64,000 nucleotides of DNA from Macrostomum lignano (lineage: Eukaryota), in contig NIVC01003799.1 in assembly GCA_002269645.1 (NCBI GenBank), positions 12,315 to 76,314 of the forward strand, written 5' to 3'. Both the position numbers and the translations under genes were made by a program. How positions within the stretch are numbered: position 1 is the stretch's first letter; each line of letters opens with the position of its first letter. Shown here one piece after another: positions 36,481-47,851 of this stretch. The notes below the pieces were generated by a model. It was given only the letters and a program-made list of their open reading frames with translations, made no database searches and had not been told where the DNA came from.

Positions 36481-39400
36481 TCATCTGCAGCCTCCATTTG
36501 GACCGGCGGCTGCGGCGGCTGCGACTTCTGGTCCCGGTTTAGTCGAAGCCTCTGAAGCCGCCGACTTCTCGAATTCGGCGAAGCCAGCGCCTGCATCCGC
36601 AGGTGCTGCAGCTCCGCGTCTTTGCGCTGACGCTCGTATTTCCAGTTGCGCTCCACGTCTGAAATTTGGGAAGATGACTTGTAGCGAGAAAAACTGCAGT
36701 GAGGCCAAGTGGGAATCGGCAGTCTTACACTGGTAGTGCGGATTCCTTGGTGCCCAGCGCAGCTTCTCCCAGGCGAACAGGAGCGCCAGCAGCAGCGCCA
36801 GGCAGACCGCCAGCGCCAGCAGCTGCAGCCGGTTGGCAACGAAGAGGGAGCGGGCCACCACCTCCGGGCTCTGTGGATCTTCGGGTGGCTGAAATGCGAG
36901 ACAGACATCCGCCTCACTGCCAGTGTGCTCAGATCCCCACTCCCGCAGACACCTGCCTCAATGCCATGCAGTGTGCTCAGATCCCCACTCCCTCAGACAC
37001 CTGCCTCACTGCCATGCAGTGTGCTCAGATCCCCACTCCCTCAGACACCTGCCTCACTGCCAGTGTGCTCAGATCCCCACTCCCTCAGACACCTGCCTCA
37101 CTGCCAGTGTGCTCAGATTCCCACTCCCTCAGACACCTGCCTCACTGCCAGCGTGCTCAGATCCCCATTCCCTCAGACACCTGCCTCACTGCCCGTGTGC
37201 TCAGATCCCCACTCCCACAGACACCCGCCTCACTGCCAGTGTGCTCAGATCCCCACTCCCACAGACACCCGCCTCACTGCCAGTGTGCTCAGATCCCCAC
37301 TCCCGCAGACACTCGCCTCACTGCCAGTGTGCTCAGATCCCCACTCCCTCAGACACTCGCCTCACTGCCCGTCCGTTCAAAAGTGAAGCAAGCAACTCAA
37401 ATTCTTATGCCTTAGTCATAGCATGAGGCTTTGTGCAAACTTTTTTATAATTATCAGGATTCTTTGGGAAAAATCTAGGAAAAGAAGAGTAACACAGGAA
37501 ATAACTTATTCTGATAACTGAAGTTTGCTGGCAGTCTGTAGTGCACAGACTCGAATGAAAAGAAAAGGAATTCGAGAAGATTTAGACAACTGATGAAAGG
37601 CCTGCAGTCTGAGTGGGGGGGGTAGCGAGCTTCAGCTGATCAGCAGATAAATAAGTGCGGATGGACAGCCGCGACAGAAGCCAGATCAGCCCTGCATGGT
37701 CCCACTTAGAGCTGGCCGCAAATGAAAATTTTGCATCCCAGAGATTGGATTTGGCGAGCGAAGTTCGCATGCATTCTGTTTTCCCATCGGCATGCGGCAG
37801 CGGAGAGGATCCGGGATCTCGGGAACTCGCGATGTTGCATCAATGCTGAGTGATCTCGAAGGATGAACAACATTTTTAAATCATGAGAAATCCCTGAGGA
37901 TTCTCCTTCAAGTCGAAGCCAGAGCCTTCATCATGTGCAGCTGCACTCGCATGTAACACCTCAGGAGCCATCGCCGACCTCTTCCTGATAAAATCTCAGA
38001 CGAATCTATATGAACTCCCACGACTCCCATCCTAATCCCATGGAATCCCACTCGAATCTCACCCGAGTCCCACTCGAATCCACTGGAAGTCCCACCCGAA
38101 TCCCGCCCGAATCCAATGGAAATCCCACCTGAATCCCACCCGAATCCCACCCGAATCCCACATGAATCCCACCCGAATCCCACCCGAATCCCACCCGAAT
38201 CCCACCCGAATCCCGCCGAATCCCACCCGAATCCCACCCGAATCCCACCCGAATCCCGCCCGAATCCCCCCCGAATCCCACCCGAATCCCCGAATCCCAC
38301 CCGAATCCCACCCGAATCCTCTCGAGTCACCCCGATCTCCTCGTCCGCGTGCGCCAGCCCGGCCAGCCGTCCGTAGACGCTGAGCTGCTGTCCGAGGAGG
38401 CGGCTGGCAAGACACTCGGACAGTTTGTCGGGCAGGCCGCGGATGAGGAAGCCCCGCAGAGTGGGCCGCCTAACGAGCATCGGCTGGGAGACGCCGGCGG
38501 CTGCGGAGGCCCGCAAGCGGTGCGGGTGCTGCTGGCGGACGTGAAGGTACATGAAATGCTCCATCAGGACGCCGTGCGGAGGTTGCGAGATCCCCTGAGT
38601 GTCGTTGGACGGCGAGGACAGGCGGCCCTTAGGAGGCGACGACGCGGCAGCAGAAACCAGATCGGTCCAGGTGGGCACGACTGCGATGATCCGAGAAGCA
38701 TGAAGGGATCATGAAGGGAGAGACATGAAGGGGGAGGCGTGAAGGGAGAGGCCTGAAGGGAGAGGCGTGAAGGGAGAGGCGTGAAGGGAGAGGCGTCAAG
38801 GGAGAGGGAACAACCAAGCTTCATCACCAGACTCAAGCCGCCTCACCAACAGGGGCAGAACCGAACTCGTAAACCAAGCTCTCCTCGTGCGATCCGTCCA
38901 GCACAATCATCTGCAGTGCGAGCAGGGTACCAATGAGAATGAATGAGTAGCACAGGTATTATTGCCACGCGAAAATGCGCTGCAACTGCCAAAACCAGCC
39001 TCACCCCCGCATCGATAAGTTTGGCGTCATCAAACTGCTGCATGCCCTGAGCGCTGAGCGCCGCAGTGATGCCAGCGGTGAACATTGACACGGCAACCAG
39101 GCCAAAGCTGATCCAAGCGAAGGCGAACAAACGGCCGCACACTGACTTGGGCGACCGATCACCGTAGCTGGGCGACGGGGGTTGAATGGGCATGTTGCGG
39201 AGTAAGGTGGGTGCTAGCGGAGTGAGGTGGGTGCTAGCGGAGTGAGGTGGGTGCTAGCGGAGTGAGGTGGGTGCTAGCGGAGTGAGGTGGGTGCTAGCGG
39301 AGTGAGGTGGGTGCTAGCGGAGTGAGGTGGGTGCTAGCGGAGTGAGGTGGGTGCTAGCGGAGTGAGGTGGGTGCTAGCAGAGTGAGGTGGGTTCTATCAG

Positions 39401-40458
39401 AATTTGGTGGCTATTAGAAATTTACTATATTGTGATTGGAGTGGAGTGGGTGGTTCTAAACTTCCAAGCAAAGCCAATTCCAAACCAAATTACTTACCCA
39501 ACAGTAGTCATGGTGATGAAGGCCCACCAGCAGCCCTCCCAGAAGCCGCGCACGAACGGCCTGGGAAATTCTTGCGAGTTGCGCAGCCGCTCTAGCAGCC
39601 AGATGGCGATGCCGGCGTAGCCGCAAGACAGCAGGATGACAAGCAGCAGCGGCCAGGCCTGCGCCACGGTGCGCAGCTGCCACGCGCCGTCGTCAGCATG
39701 CGGGCCGCCAGTTGTGTCCAGCCAGACCGCTCCTGGAAGTGAGGAGGTTCTGATGGAGACGGGCGTCGCTGGCCTATGCAGAGCCCATTAGATGGGACAT
39801 TTCTAATAACCGACTAGGTGCACAGATAAGGGCACAGATAAGGGCACTGATAAGGGCACTGATAAGGGCACTGATAAGGGCACTGATAAGGGCACTGATA
39901 AGGGCACTGAAAAGGGCACTGATAAGGGCATTGTTGAGGGCAGTAATAAGCATCTCTTAATTTAATCTAATAAGTTAAATAAGTTAAGATCTGTGTTTGA
40001 GTTCTTAATGCTCAGTGGCTTCCTTTCAGACGTAAAATTGCAAACATCGGCCTTCACAAATGTCCAAGAAAGGCCAGACCTGGCGACCTGGCCACAGGCA
40101 GGAACTGCACCGCGGCCAGCCGGTCCATCAGCGGAGTCCAGGTCGCCGGGAACCCGACGTTGCAGTTGCCTTCGGCAGTGGCGGCCAGCAGCCTGCTCTC
40201 GCTGCTCAGCTGGTGCAGCCGGTAGCTGAAGGCGCCGGGGCCGCGCCATTCAGCGGCGCACTGGTCGAGACCGGACCGCGCCAGGTCCCAGAAGACACCC
40301 TCGATGCCGTCACTGAGGTCGCCGATGTCGCCGCCGCTGATCGAGAGGTTGGCAGCCCGCTGCTGCGGCTGGCGCCAGTCGGAGAAGGGTGGCTGGCTGT
40401 GGAAGCAGATGTCCAGCACCTGCATCTGATTGGCAGGTCCGTAGATTCTCTTCTTGAT
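36481..40458 (-). CDS. iGluR-like channel with a K+ selectivity filter (GluR0/AvGluR1-like): S1 - M1 - P(TVGYGD) - M3 - S2 - M4; 5' end unresolved
   Basis: Exons (minus) 40458-40080, 39732-39498, 39167-39005, 38910-38847, 38680-38331, 36888-36481; all phases match (1599 nt, 532 aa). M1 AWPLLLVILLSCGYAGIAIWLLER; pore GCWWAFITMTTVG|YGDRSPKSVCGRLFAFAWISFGLVAVSMFTAGITAAL; post-M3 IVLDGSHEE...GVLMEHFMY; C-terminal TM LQLLALAVCLALLLALLFAW. Confidence 0.85.
36905..37372. repeat. ~43-bp intronic array (GTGCTCAGATCCCCACTCCCTCAGACACCTGCCTCACTGCCA)n
   Basis: About 11 copies next to the last acceptor. Confidence 0.93.
38030..38320. repeat. 11-bp array (CCCGAATCCCA)n
   Basis: Begins immediately after the minus-strand donor at 38330. 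Confidence 0.92.
38705..38805. repeat. 14-bp array (GAAGGGAGAGGCGT)n
   Basis: About 6-7 copies filling a short intron. Confidence 0.85.
39195..39392. repeat. 20-bp array (GCTAGCGGAGTGAGGTGGGT)n
   Basis: About 9-10 copies in the intron that splits TVG|YG. Confidence 0.93.
39825..39930. repeat. 12-bp array (ATAAGGGCACTG)n
   Basis: About 8 copies. Confidence 0.9.
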
Positions 40459-40574
40459 CTGTAGATTGGTATCTAAATGTAGCAGATCTATAGGTAATCA
40501 CTGTATAGATCTATAGATATCGCAGATCGCAACTAGATCTACGTAGGTAGATTAGATCTACAGAAAGAGTACGT

Positions 40575-41160
40575 CTGTAGACGCAGCTAGAACTGTAAAT
40601 TAGGTAGACCTGTAGACGCAGCTAGATCTGTAGATTAAAGACCTGTAGACGCAGCTAGATCTGTAGATTAAAGACCTGTAGGCGCAGCTACATCTGTAGA
40701 TTAAGTAGACCTGTAGACGCAGCTAGATCTGTAGATTAAGTAGACCTGTAGACGCAGCTAGATCTGTAGATTAAAGACCTGTAGGCGCAGCTAGATCTGT
40801 AGATTAATAAGTAGTCCTGTAGACGCAGCTAGATCTGTAGATTAAGTAGACCTGTAGACGCAGCTAGATCTGTAGATTAATAAGTAGACCTGTAGACGCA
40901 GCTAAATCTGTAGATTGAGTAGACCTGTAGACGCAGCTAGATCTGTAGATTGAGTAGACCTGTAGACGCAGCTAGATCTGTAGATTAATAAGTAGACCTG
41001 TAGACGCAGCTAGATCTGTAGATTAAGTAGACCTGTAGACGCAGCTAGATCTGTAGATTGAGTAGACCTGTAGACGCAGCTAGATCTGTAGATTGAGTAG
41101 ACCTGTAGACGCAGCTAGATCTGTAGATTGAGTAGACCTGTAGACGCAGCTAGATCTGTA
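40575..41160. repeat. ~35-bp array (GTAGACCTGTAGACGCAGCTAGATCTGTAGATTA/GA)n
   Basis: About 16 copies; the unit resembles the adjacent acceptor at 40460-40459. Confidence 0.93.
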
Positions 41161-41729
41161 TACAGCCGACCGATCACTAGAGCTCCTTGCTGAGACCTGA
41201 GCCGGACTCTCCGGTAATGAATTTTAGCAGCCTGACCGACTCGCACCGTCTCTCGCGGCAGAAGCTCAGCGAAGCCAGCTGGTGCATTGAAATTCCACGC
41301 AAATGCAGCGCGCGTCGGGAGGGGGCTGCTGCCCGGCCAAAACTTGGACCTATGAGGTGCAGCCTTTTACTGCCTGGCTGAAGTCGGCTCTTTGGGATCG
41401 GCTCTGCTTCTTTCTTTAGGGTTGGCGATTTATGAGAGCATAATTCTGAGTAAAATAATAAGCCTGGCAACTATTGTGCTCAGATTGTGAGTGTGAATAT
41501 TGTCAGGCTGGCGATGAGGGTGAAACATGACTCATCTGGAGTCATGTCAACAGCGTTTGAGACCATGGGAATTACACCTGGAGGTAATTTCCTTCGCTAG
41601 AATAACTTTTGCTTGGTTACAGTTCTTCTAGGATTGCTTGTTAGGGAATTCCCCTTGGCTGTTCTATTACAGCGGAGGATTCTACGTGGTAGTTCTACAG
41701 ATTGGATAAAATTTTATCGGCACTACCAT

Positions 41730-42375
41730 TGCTAGGGGGAATCCTCCTTAGCGGTAATACTGCTAGGTGGATTCTCCTTGGTTATAATACTGCTAAGGGG
41801 AATTCTCCTTGGAGGTAATACTGCTAGGGGAATTCTCTTTGGTAGTAATACCTCTAGGGGAATTCCCCTTGGTGATAATACTGCTAGGGGAATTCTCCTT
41901 GGTGGTAATACTGCTAGGGGAATTATCTTTGGTGGTAATACCTCTAGGGGAATTCTCCTTGGAGGTAATACCTCTAGGGGAATTCTCCTTGGTTATAATA
42001 CTGCTAAGGGGAATTCTCCTTGGAGGTAATACTGCTAGGGGAATTCTCTTTGGTGGTAATACCTCTAGGGGAATTCCCCTTGGAGGTAATACTGCTAGGG
42101 GAATTCTCCTTGGTGGTAATACTGATAGGGGAATTCTCTTTGGTGGTAATACCTCTAGGGGAATTCTCCTTGGTGGTAATACTGCTAGGGGAATTACCTT
42201 TGGTGGTAATACCTCTAGGGGAATTCTCCTTGGAGGTAATACCTCTAGGGGAATTCTCCTTGGTGGTAATACTGCTAGGGGAATTATCTTTGGTGGTAAT
42301 ACCTCTAGGGGAATTCTCCTTGGAGGTAATACCTCTAGGGGAGTTCTCCTTGGTGGTAATACTGCTAGAAGGAAT
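41730..42375. repeat. 30-bp array (GGGGAATTCTCCTTGGTGGTAATACTGCTA)n
   Basis: About 20 copies. Confidence 0.95.
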
Positions 42376-42849
42376 TCTCCCCAGTGGTTCAACTGATCTA
42401 CTGTTTAGTATCTTCAGTAGATCCAGTAGAATTACCAACAGGGGTAATTCTTATTGGCGGTACTACTACTGAGGAAAATTGCTATTTTTTCGGTTAAGCT
42501 GCTGGGGTACAATTCCCTTTGGCACTTCTACTTCCTAAGTAAAAAATCCTGGCAGAAAACCCCGACACACCAAAGCAGACAGACAGCTACAAGGTTAAGA
42601 GATTGCCAGAGTAGGCTATTAATTTCTGAATCAGGACTGGAGCAGTCTGATCCTATTTGAGTAACATCTGACGTCTACAAGGGGAGGCAATAAACCTCCC
42701 AATCCCTAGATAATACTCGTAATTCCCATTTGTAAATGACAAATGGATCTGTAGCGACGTCACTTAACTATCATGATTGATGCACTTTAACGGCTTATGT
42801 TATTGCTTCTAAGTGAACGGCAAAATTTGTCTGCTCTCTTGTAATAGCG

Positions 42850-43100
42850 AGGGAGGTCAGAAGGGGAGGAGGGTCAATGAGGGGAGGGAGGTCAGAGAAG
42901 GGAGGAGGGTCAATGAGGGGAGGGAGGTCAGAGAAGGGAGGAGGGTCAATGAGGGGAGGGAGGTCAGAGAGAAGAGAGGTCAGAGAAGAAGGGAGGTCAG
43001 AGAAGAAGGGAGGTCAGAGAAGAAGGGAGGTCAGAGAAAGGAGGTCAGAGAGAGAGAGAGAGAGAGAGAGAAAAGAGGTCAGGGAGGTAAGGGAGGTCAA
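42850..43100. repeat. GA-rich compound repeat (GGAGGTCAGAGAAG)n
   Basis: Visible array. Confidence 0.85.
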
Positions 43101-43510
43101 AGTAACGAAAGACCTCCAGGAGTTTTGGTAGCTTCAAAAAGAAAAGCGCAGTAAAAGTAAAAAATGTTTAGAAAGGAATTATTTATATTAAGTAATTAAA
43201 TAACGCTACAGTGCTTTGAACTGGCCATCTGTACGCGTTTATTTCGAGTTGAATTCATTCATATTAACGGTACCAGTCAGACGGTGTCAAACAATAATAC
43301 TGAAATGCAATTTAAAGTTAAAACAGGCAATTCAAAGGCAATTTTAGTGCTGCGCATCAGCAGGTACTTTGAACAGCTGCCGATAAAAATCATATTTGCT
43401 TTAGCCGCAAAGCTTGTATGTAAAAAATTAAACCTTGGTTAATAAAGCAGACAAATGCTGAAGAGGAGTACATGTGCACTTATGCAAAAGTACAAAAGTA
43501 GCCGGAGCCC

Positions 43511-46363
43511 TCAGAACTCAGGCTGCGGACACCAGTTGGACTCAAAAACGAGTCGCTCAAAGACCAGCCGCTCCGGTGACCAAAGCGGAGGCGCATCCTC
43601 GGTGTCGCTCCGGTGACCCGGCATCCCGGTGTACCTGTGCGGCTCCACCGGCAGCGGCCAGATAGACAGGGCCGCCAGCCGGTCGGCATACAACCCGACA
43701 GCGTCGCTGGACCAAAAGTGCGGGCTGACGCCCGAGGCGGCAGGCAGCAGCTCATCAACAGGTAGCAGACGGTCGGGCAGCGAGCGCAGGCTGAGCAGCT
43801 TCCTGGCGCCCGACAGGCTGAGCACGTAGGCCACCGTCCAGTGTGAGTAGTTCGGCCTCACCAGCCAGCGGCTGCCCGGCACCCGGGTCTCCGCGCCCGC
43901 TAGCAGCGGCTTGCGGCCCAGGTACAGCAGATCCCAGGCGGGCAGGGCGTCGGCTTCGGCGAGCGCCGCCTCCGCCAGCGCTTCGAATTCGGCCGACAAG
44001 TCGGCGTCGTCCTCCAGAACGATGGCGCGGGCCAGCCGGAGCCGACGAATTCGCCGCCAGACAGTCCGATGGCTCATCAGGCAGGCGGCTTCGCCCAGAG
44101 TCAGCGGCCGGCCGGTTGCGGGATCCCGGTAGCCGGGCAGCTGCCGCAGCGGTCTCCGGCGGCGTCGGCGACGAAGGCTGCGCCAGTCGACTGCGCGCAC
44201 CGGCTGATAAGGCCAGCCGGCGTCCGACAGGGCGGCAGACAGGCGAGCAAGGCGCTCCGGACGGCGCGCGAGGCCAATGATAAACACGGGCGGCGGATCC
44301 CGATGCGGATGCGGATGCGGATGCGGATGTGGATGCGGATGTGGATGCGGATGCGGATGCGGATGTGGATGCGGATGAGGATGCGGATGCGGATATGAAC
44401 GCGGATGCGGATGCGGATATGGATGTGGATGAGGATGCAGATGCGGATGTGGATGCGGATGAGGATGCGGAACAGGCGTCGCCAGCTGATCCCGCAGGTC
44501 GGTCAGCAGGCGTCGGAAGGCGCCCCGCTCCAGCAGGGCTGCGGACAGGCCGTCAATCGACTCCGGAGATGGCGGATAAAAGCCGTACACTCGTCGGTTG
44601 TCAATGCGAGGCCGGAGCCGCCGGGCAACCCAGTAGAACAGCGGCAGGTCGTCAATGGGCCAGCTGGCCGGATAGTCGGCAGGCGGAGGGTGCAGTGCGA
44701 CGTCCAGCCGGGTGCGCAGCAGCACGCAGGTGTGCAGCACGGCGGCTGGCTGCAGTCCAACCCAGCCGGGCTGGCGGGCCTGCACCCTGGCGTAGTCCCG
44801 GCCGCGCCTGTAGAATCCGTCCGGGCCGATGGCTGACCAGAAATTCGCGGCCAGAGAATTCGGCCGGCCGGTGAGCAGCAGCGGAGCGACGGCTGGGCGG
44901 CCGAGAGCGGCCAGGGCGGACAGGGTTGTCGGCTCGGTCAGCAGCGCATCGGCATCTAGCAGAAGCAGGAAGTCGAAGCCGAGTCTGGTGGCAGCAGTCA
45001 GGGCTCGCTGACGAAGGCCCAGCAGGTGGCGCATGCGGGCCTCCGGCCAATGCAGCTGGTCGGTCTCGCCAGGGTAGGAGGAGGGCTCCGTCTCCTCCTG
45101 AGAGCGGGGAAAGCAGCCAAACTCTTGTAGCGCTACTGCCAGCAGTATGGTTGGAAACTTAGGCCCCAGAATGCCTTAGAAGCTTGACTAAGTTACGATT
45201 TGTGTGACTAGCCAAAGCTACTTAAATAATGCTCGAACTGATCAAATGCGACTCGTCTTTGGGCTACTTTAGGCCGAGTTAGCCAGACGTAACAGCGGCT
45301 CCATTGAGAGCTCTTCTTTTAATTGGATGGCATTGGGCAGGGGGTTACTGCAGGGCCTGCGTTCATGTTGGGGTGGGTGGTGCTGGGCAGGGGGTACTGC
45401 AGGGCCTGCGTTCATGTTGGGGTGGGTGGTGCTGGGCAGGGGGTTACTGCAGGGCCTGCGTTCATGTTGGGGTGGGTGGTGCTGGGCAGGGGGTTACTGC
45501 AGGGCCTGCATTCATGTTGGGGTGGGTGGTGCTGGGCAGGGGGTTACTGCAGGGCCTGCGTTCATGTTGGGGTGGGTGGTGCTGGGCAGGGGGTACTGCA
45601 GGGCCTGCGTTCATGTTGGGGTGGGTGGTGCTGGGCAGGGGGTTACTGCAGGGCCTGCGTTCATGTTGGGGTGGGTGGTGCTGGGCAGGGGGTACTGCAG
45701 GGCCTGCGTTCATGTTGGGGTGGGTGGTGCTGGGCAGGGGGTTACTGCAGGGCCTGCGTTCATGTTGGGGTGGGTGGTGCTGGGCAGGGGGTTACTGCAG
45801 GGCCTGCGTTCATGTTGGGGTGGGTGTTGCTGGGCAGGGGGTTACTGCAGGGCCTGCGTACATGTTGGGGTGGATTATGCCTCTGTTATGCCGTTGGACT
45901 TTTGCAACCACACTATTCAATCTGTTCGGACCAGTCTCCTTCAATTATTTTCTACTCAGCGCCTAAGTTGGGTTTTATTCCCATTGCAAACAAATGGATT
46001 GCTAAGAGTTTCGCTTTCTACTTGCTGAATCATTGAGAACAGTTCCGGACTCACCACCAGCTGCACGAAGGCGTACCAGGGTCGGAGGGCTCGGCACCAG
46101 TCGGCAGCCACCGCGGCGGAGCCGTCAGAGCTGTGGTCCGTCATCAGCAGAAGACCGAGGCGACGTTTCGGGTAGCGCTGGCGCCGCAGGCAGGCCAGAG
46201 CGCGGCCCAGCGAGTGCGCCTTGTTGCGCGCCGGCACAGCCACCAGAATTGATGGCGCACTAGTTGAGGATGATGAGGCTGATAGGCTGGCTAAGGAGGC
46301 TGAGGCCAAGCCGACAGCCGCTGCGATGCAGCAAAGCAGAAGATGAGGCCAAAGCGAGAGAAG
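43511..46363 (-). CDS. COLGALT1: Procollagen galactosyltransferase (COLGALT1/GLT25D-like, ~632 aa)
   Basis: Exons (minus) 46363-46055 and 45097-43511, phase 0/0. N-terminal hydrophobic signal [19 protein letters not shown]; [14 protein letters not shown]...YPK...TDHSSD; HWPEARMRH...[13 protein letters not shown]; second GT domain [60 protein letters not shown]. There is no in-frame ATG before the acceptor at 46365-46364. Confidence 0.9.
44301..44470 (-). repeat. Coding (CATCCG)n hexamer encoding a His-Pro tract
   Basis: In frame within the 43511-45097 exon; no AG acceptor in the tract on the minus strand. Confidence 0.85.
45330..45872. repeat. ~48-50-bp intronic array (GGGGGTTACTGCAGGGCCTGCGTTCATGTTGGGGTGGGTGGTGCTGGGCA)n
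   Basis: About 11 copies. Confidence 0.93.
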
Positions 46364-46389
46364 CTGAAGGAAAATGCTTGCGAATGCAT

Positions 46390-46815
46390 CTGAACTGTCA
46401 GAATCCTATGCTGTGTACATTTGAACTGTACAGAATCCTATGCTGTGTACATTTGAACTGTACAGAATCCTATGCTGTGTACATTTGAACTGTACAGAAT
46501 CCTATGCTGTGTACATCTGAACTGTACAGAATCATATGCTGTGTACATCTGAACTGTACATAATCTTATGCTGTGTACATCTGAACTGTACATAATCTTA
46601 TGCTGTGTACATCTGAACTGTACATAATCTTATGCTGTGTACATCTGAACTGTACAGAATCATATGCTATGTACATATGAACTGTACAGAATCCTATGCT
46701 GTGTACATCTGAACTGTACAGAATCATATGCTATGTACATATGAACTGTACAGAATCCTATGCTGTGTACATCTGAACTGTACAGAATCCTATGCTGTGT
46801 ACATCTTAACTGTAC
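46390..46815. repeat. ~31-32-bp array (ATCCTATGCTGTGTACATCTGAACTGTACAGA)n
   Basis: About 13 copies upstream of the COLGALT acceptor. Confidence 0.93.
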
Positions 46816-47123
46816 AGAAAAAAATATAGAAATCTAAGACGCCTCGTATCTAGAAGCAACGGTAACTTAGTATATTATTTTAAAAAATCTTAACACTTGC
46901 TAAGGTCTAAAAATGATTTGATTTCAAGGCATGATTTTGGCTTCATTAGCAATGGTTAAATAATACTTGTTGCTAACCGGCGCTGGGAAATGCTACGGGA
47001 TTCAAATGACTATATTTCTTGGTATCAAGATAAGCAAGGGTTAGAATTGATATAAATATGAAAATACTAAATTGAACTTCAAAAAGGCACTTTCTCAGCA
47101 GGACCGTTTAACTGAAAACACGT

Positions 47124-47195
47124 GGCTGCAGTGGCGCAGTGGTCTAAAACTTTTCTCTGTTGTGACAAAGGTCCAGGGCTCGAATTCAGCTATTA
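47124..47195 (+). pseudogene. Degenerate tRNA-like / SINE-head element
   Basis: A-box-like TGGCGCAGTGG at ~47132 and B-box-like GGGCTCGAATTC at ~47176; no convincing acceptor stem or anticodon arm. Confidence 0.3.
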
Positions 47196-47459
47196 TCGAG
47201 AATAAATAAATTCGAGTTACAAGTTGAAATATGTTTATCAATCAACTGACTACTCAGTACGAGTAGTAGTAAAACCGTGCAACAATGAATCATAAAAAGT
47301 CTGTCTGATTACACTCGGCAATAGCACGTGAACTAAACAGCTATAGAGCGAAAAAGCGATTGACGAGATTGGGCAAAATTTAGGGGAATAAATACTTGGG
47401 CTTGGGTATAGGGAGACTGCGCTTCAGAGTTTAATAAGTCATGGCTTGCCACCACTCTA

Positions 47460-47845
47460 CATGTACCCACCTCCTACCTTTCTACCCCACTCCCACCTGT
47501 CTACCCCACTCCCACCTGTCTACCCCACTCCCACCTGTCTACCCTACTCCCACCTGTCTACCCTACTCCCACCTGTCTACCCACTCCCACCTGTCTACCC
47601 TACTCCCACCTGTCTACCCCACTCCCACCTGTCTACCCCACTCCCACCTGTCTACCCTACTCCCACCTGTCTACCCCACTCCCACCTGTCTACCCCACTC
47701 CCACCTGTCTACCCTACTACCACCGGTCTACCCCACTCCCACCTGTCTACCCCACTCCCACCTGTCTACCATACTCTCACCTGTCTGCCCCACTCCCACC
47801 TGTCTACCCCACTCCCACCTGTCTAACCTACTCCCACCTGTCTGC
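47460..47845. repeat. ~19-20-bp array (CTCCCACCTGTCTACCCCA)n
   Basis: Visible array right after the anoctamin stop codon (3' UTR). Confidence 0.95.
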
Positions 47846-47851
47846 TCCAGC

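Noticed and set aside
41177-41470. Candidate first exon of the K-filter channel
   Set aside because: No signal peptide and only weak donors; cannot be supported without transcripts.
41778-42472. Repeat-protein ORFs (RGILLGGNTS)n
   Set aside because: 30-bp array open in several frames on both strands; no start context or splice support.
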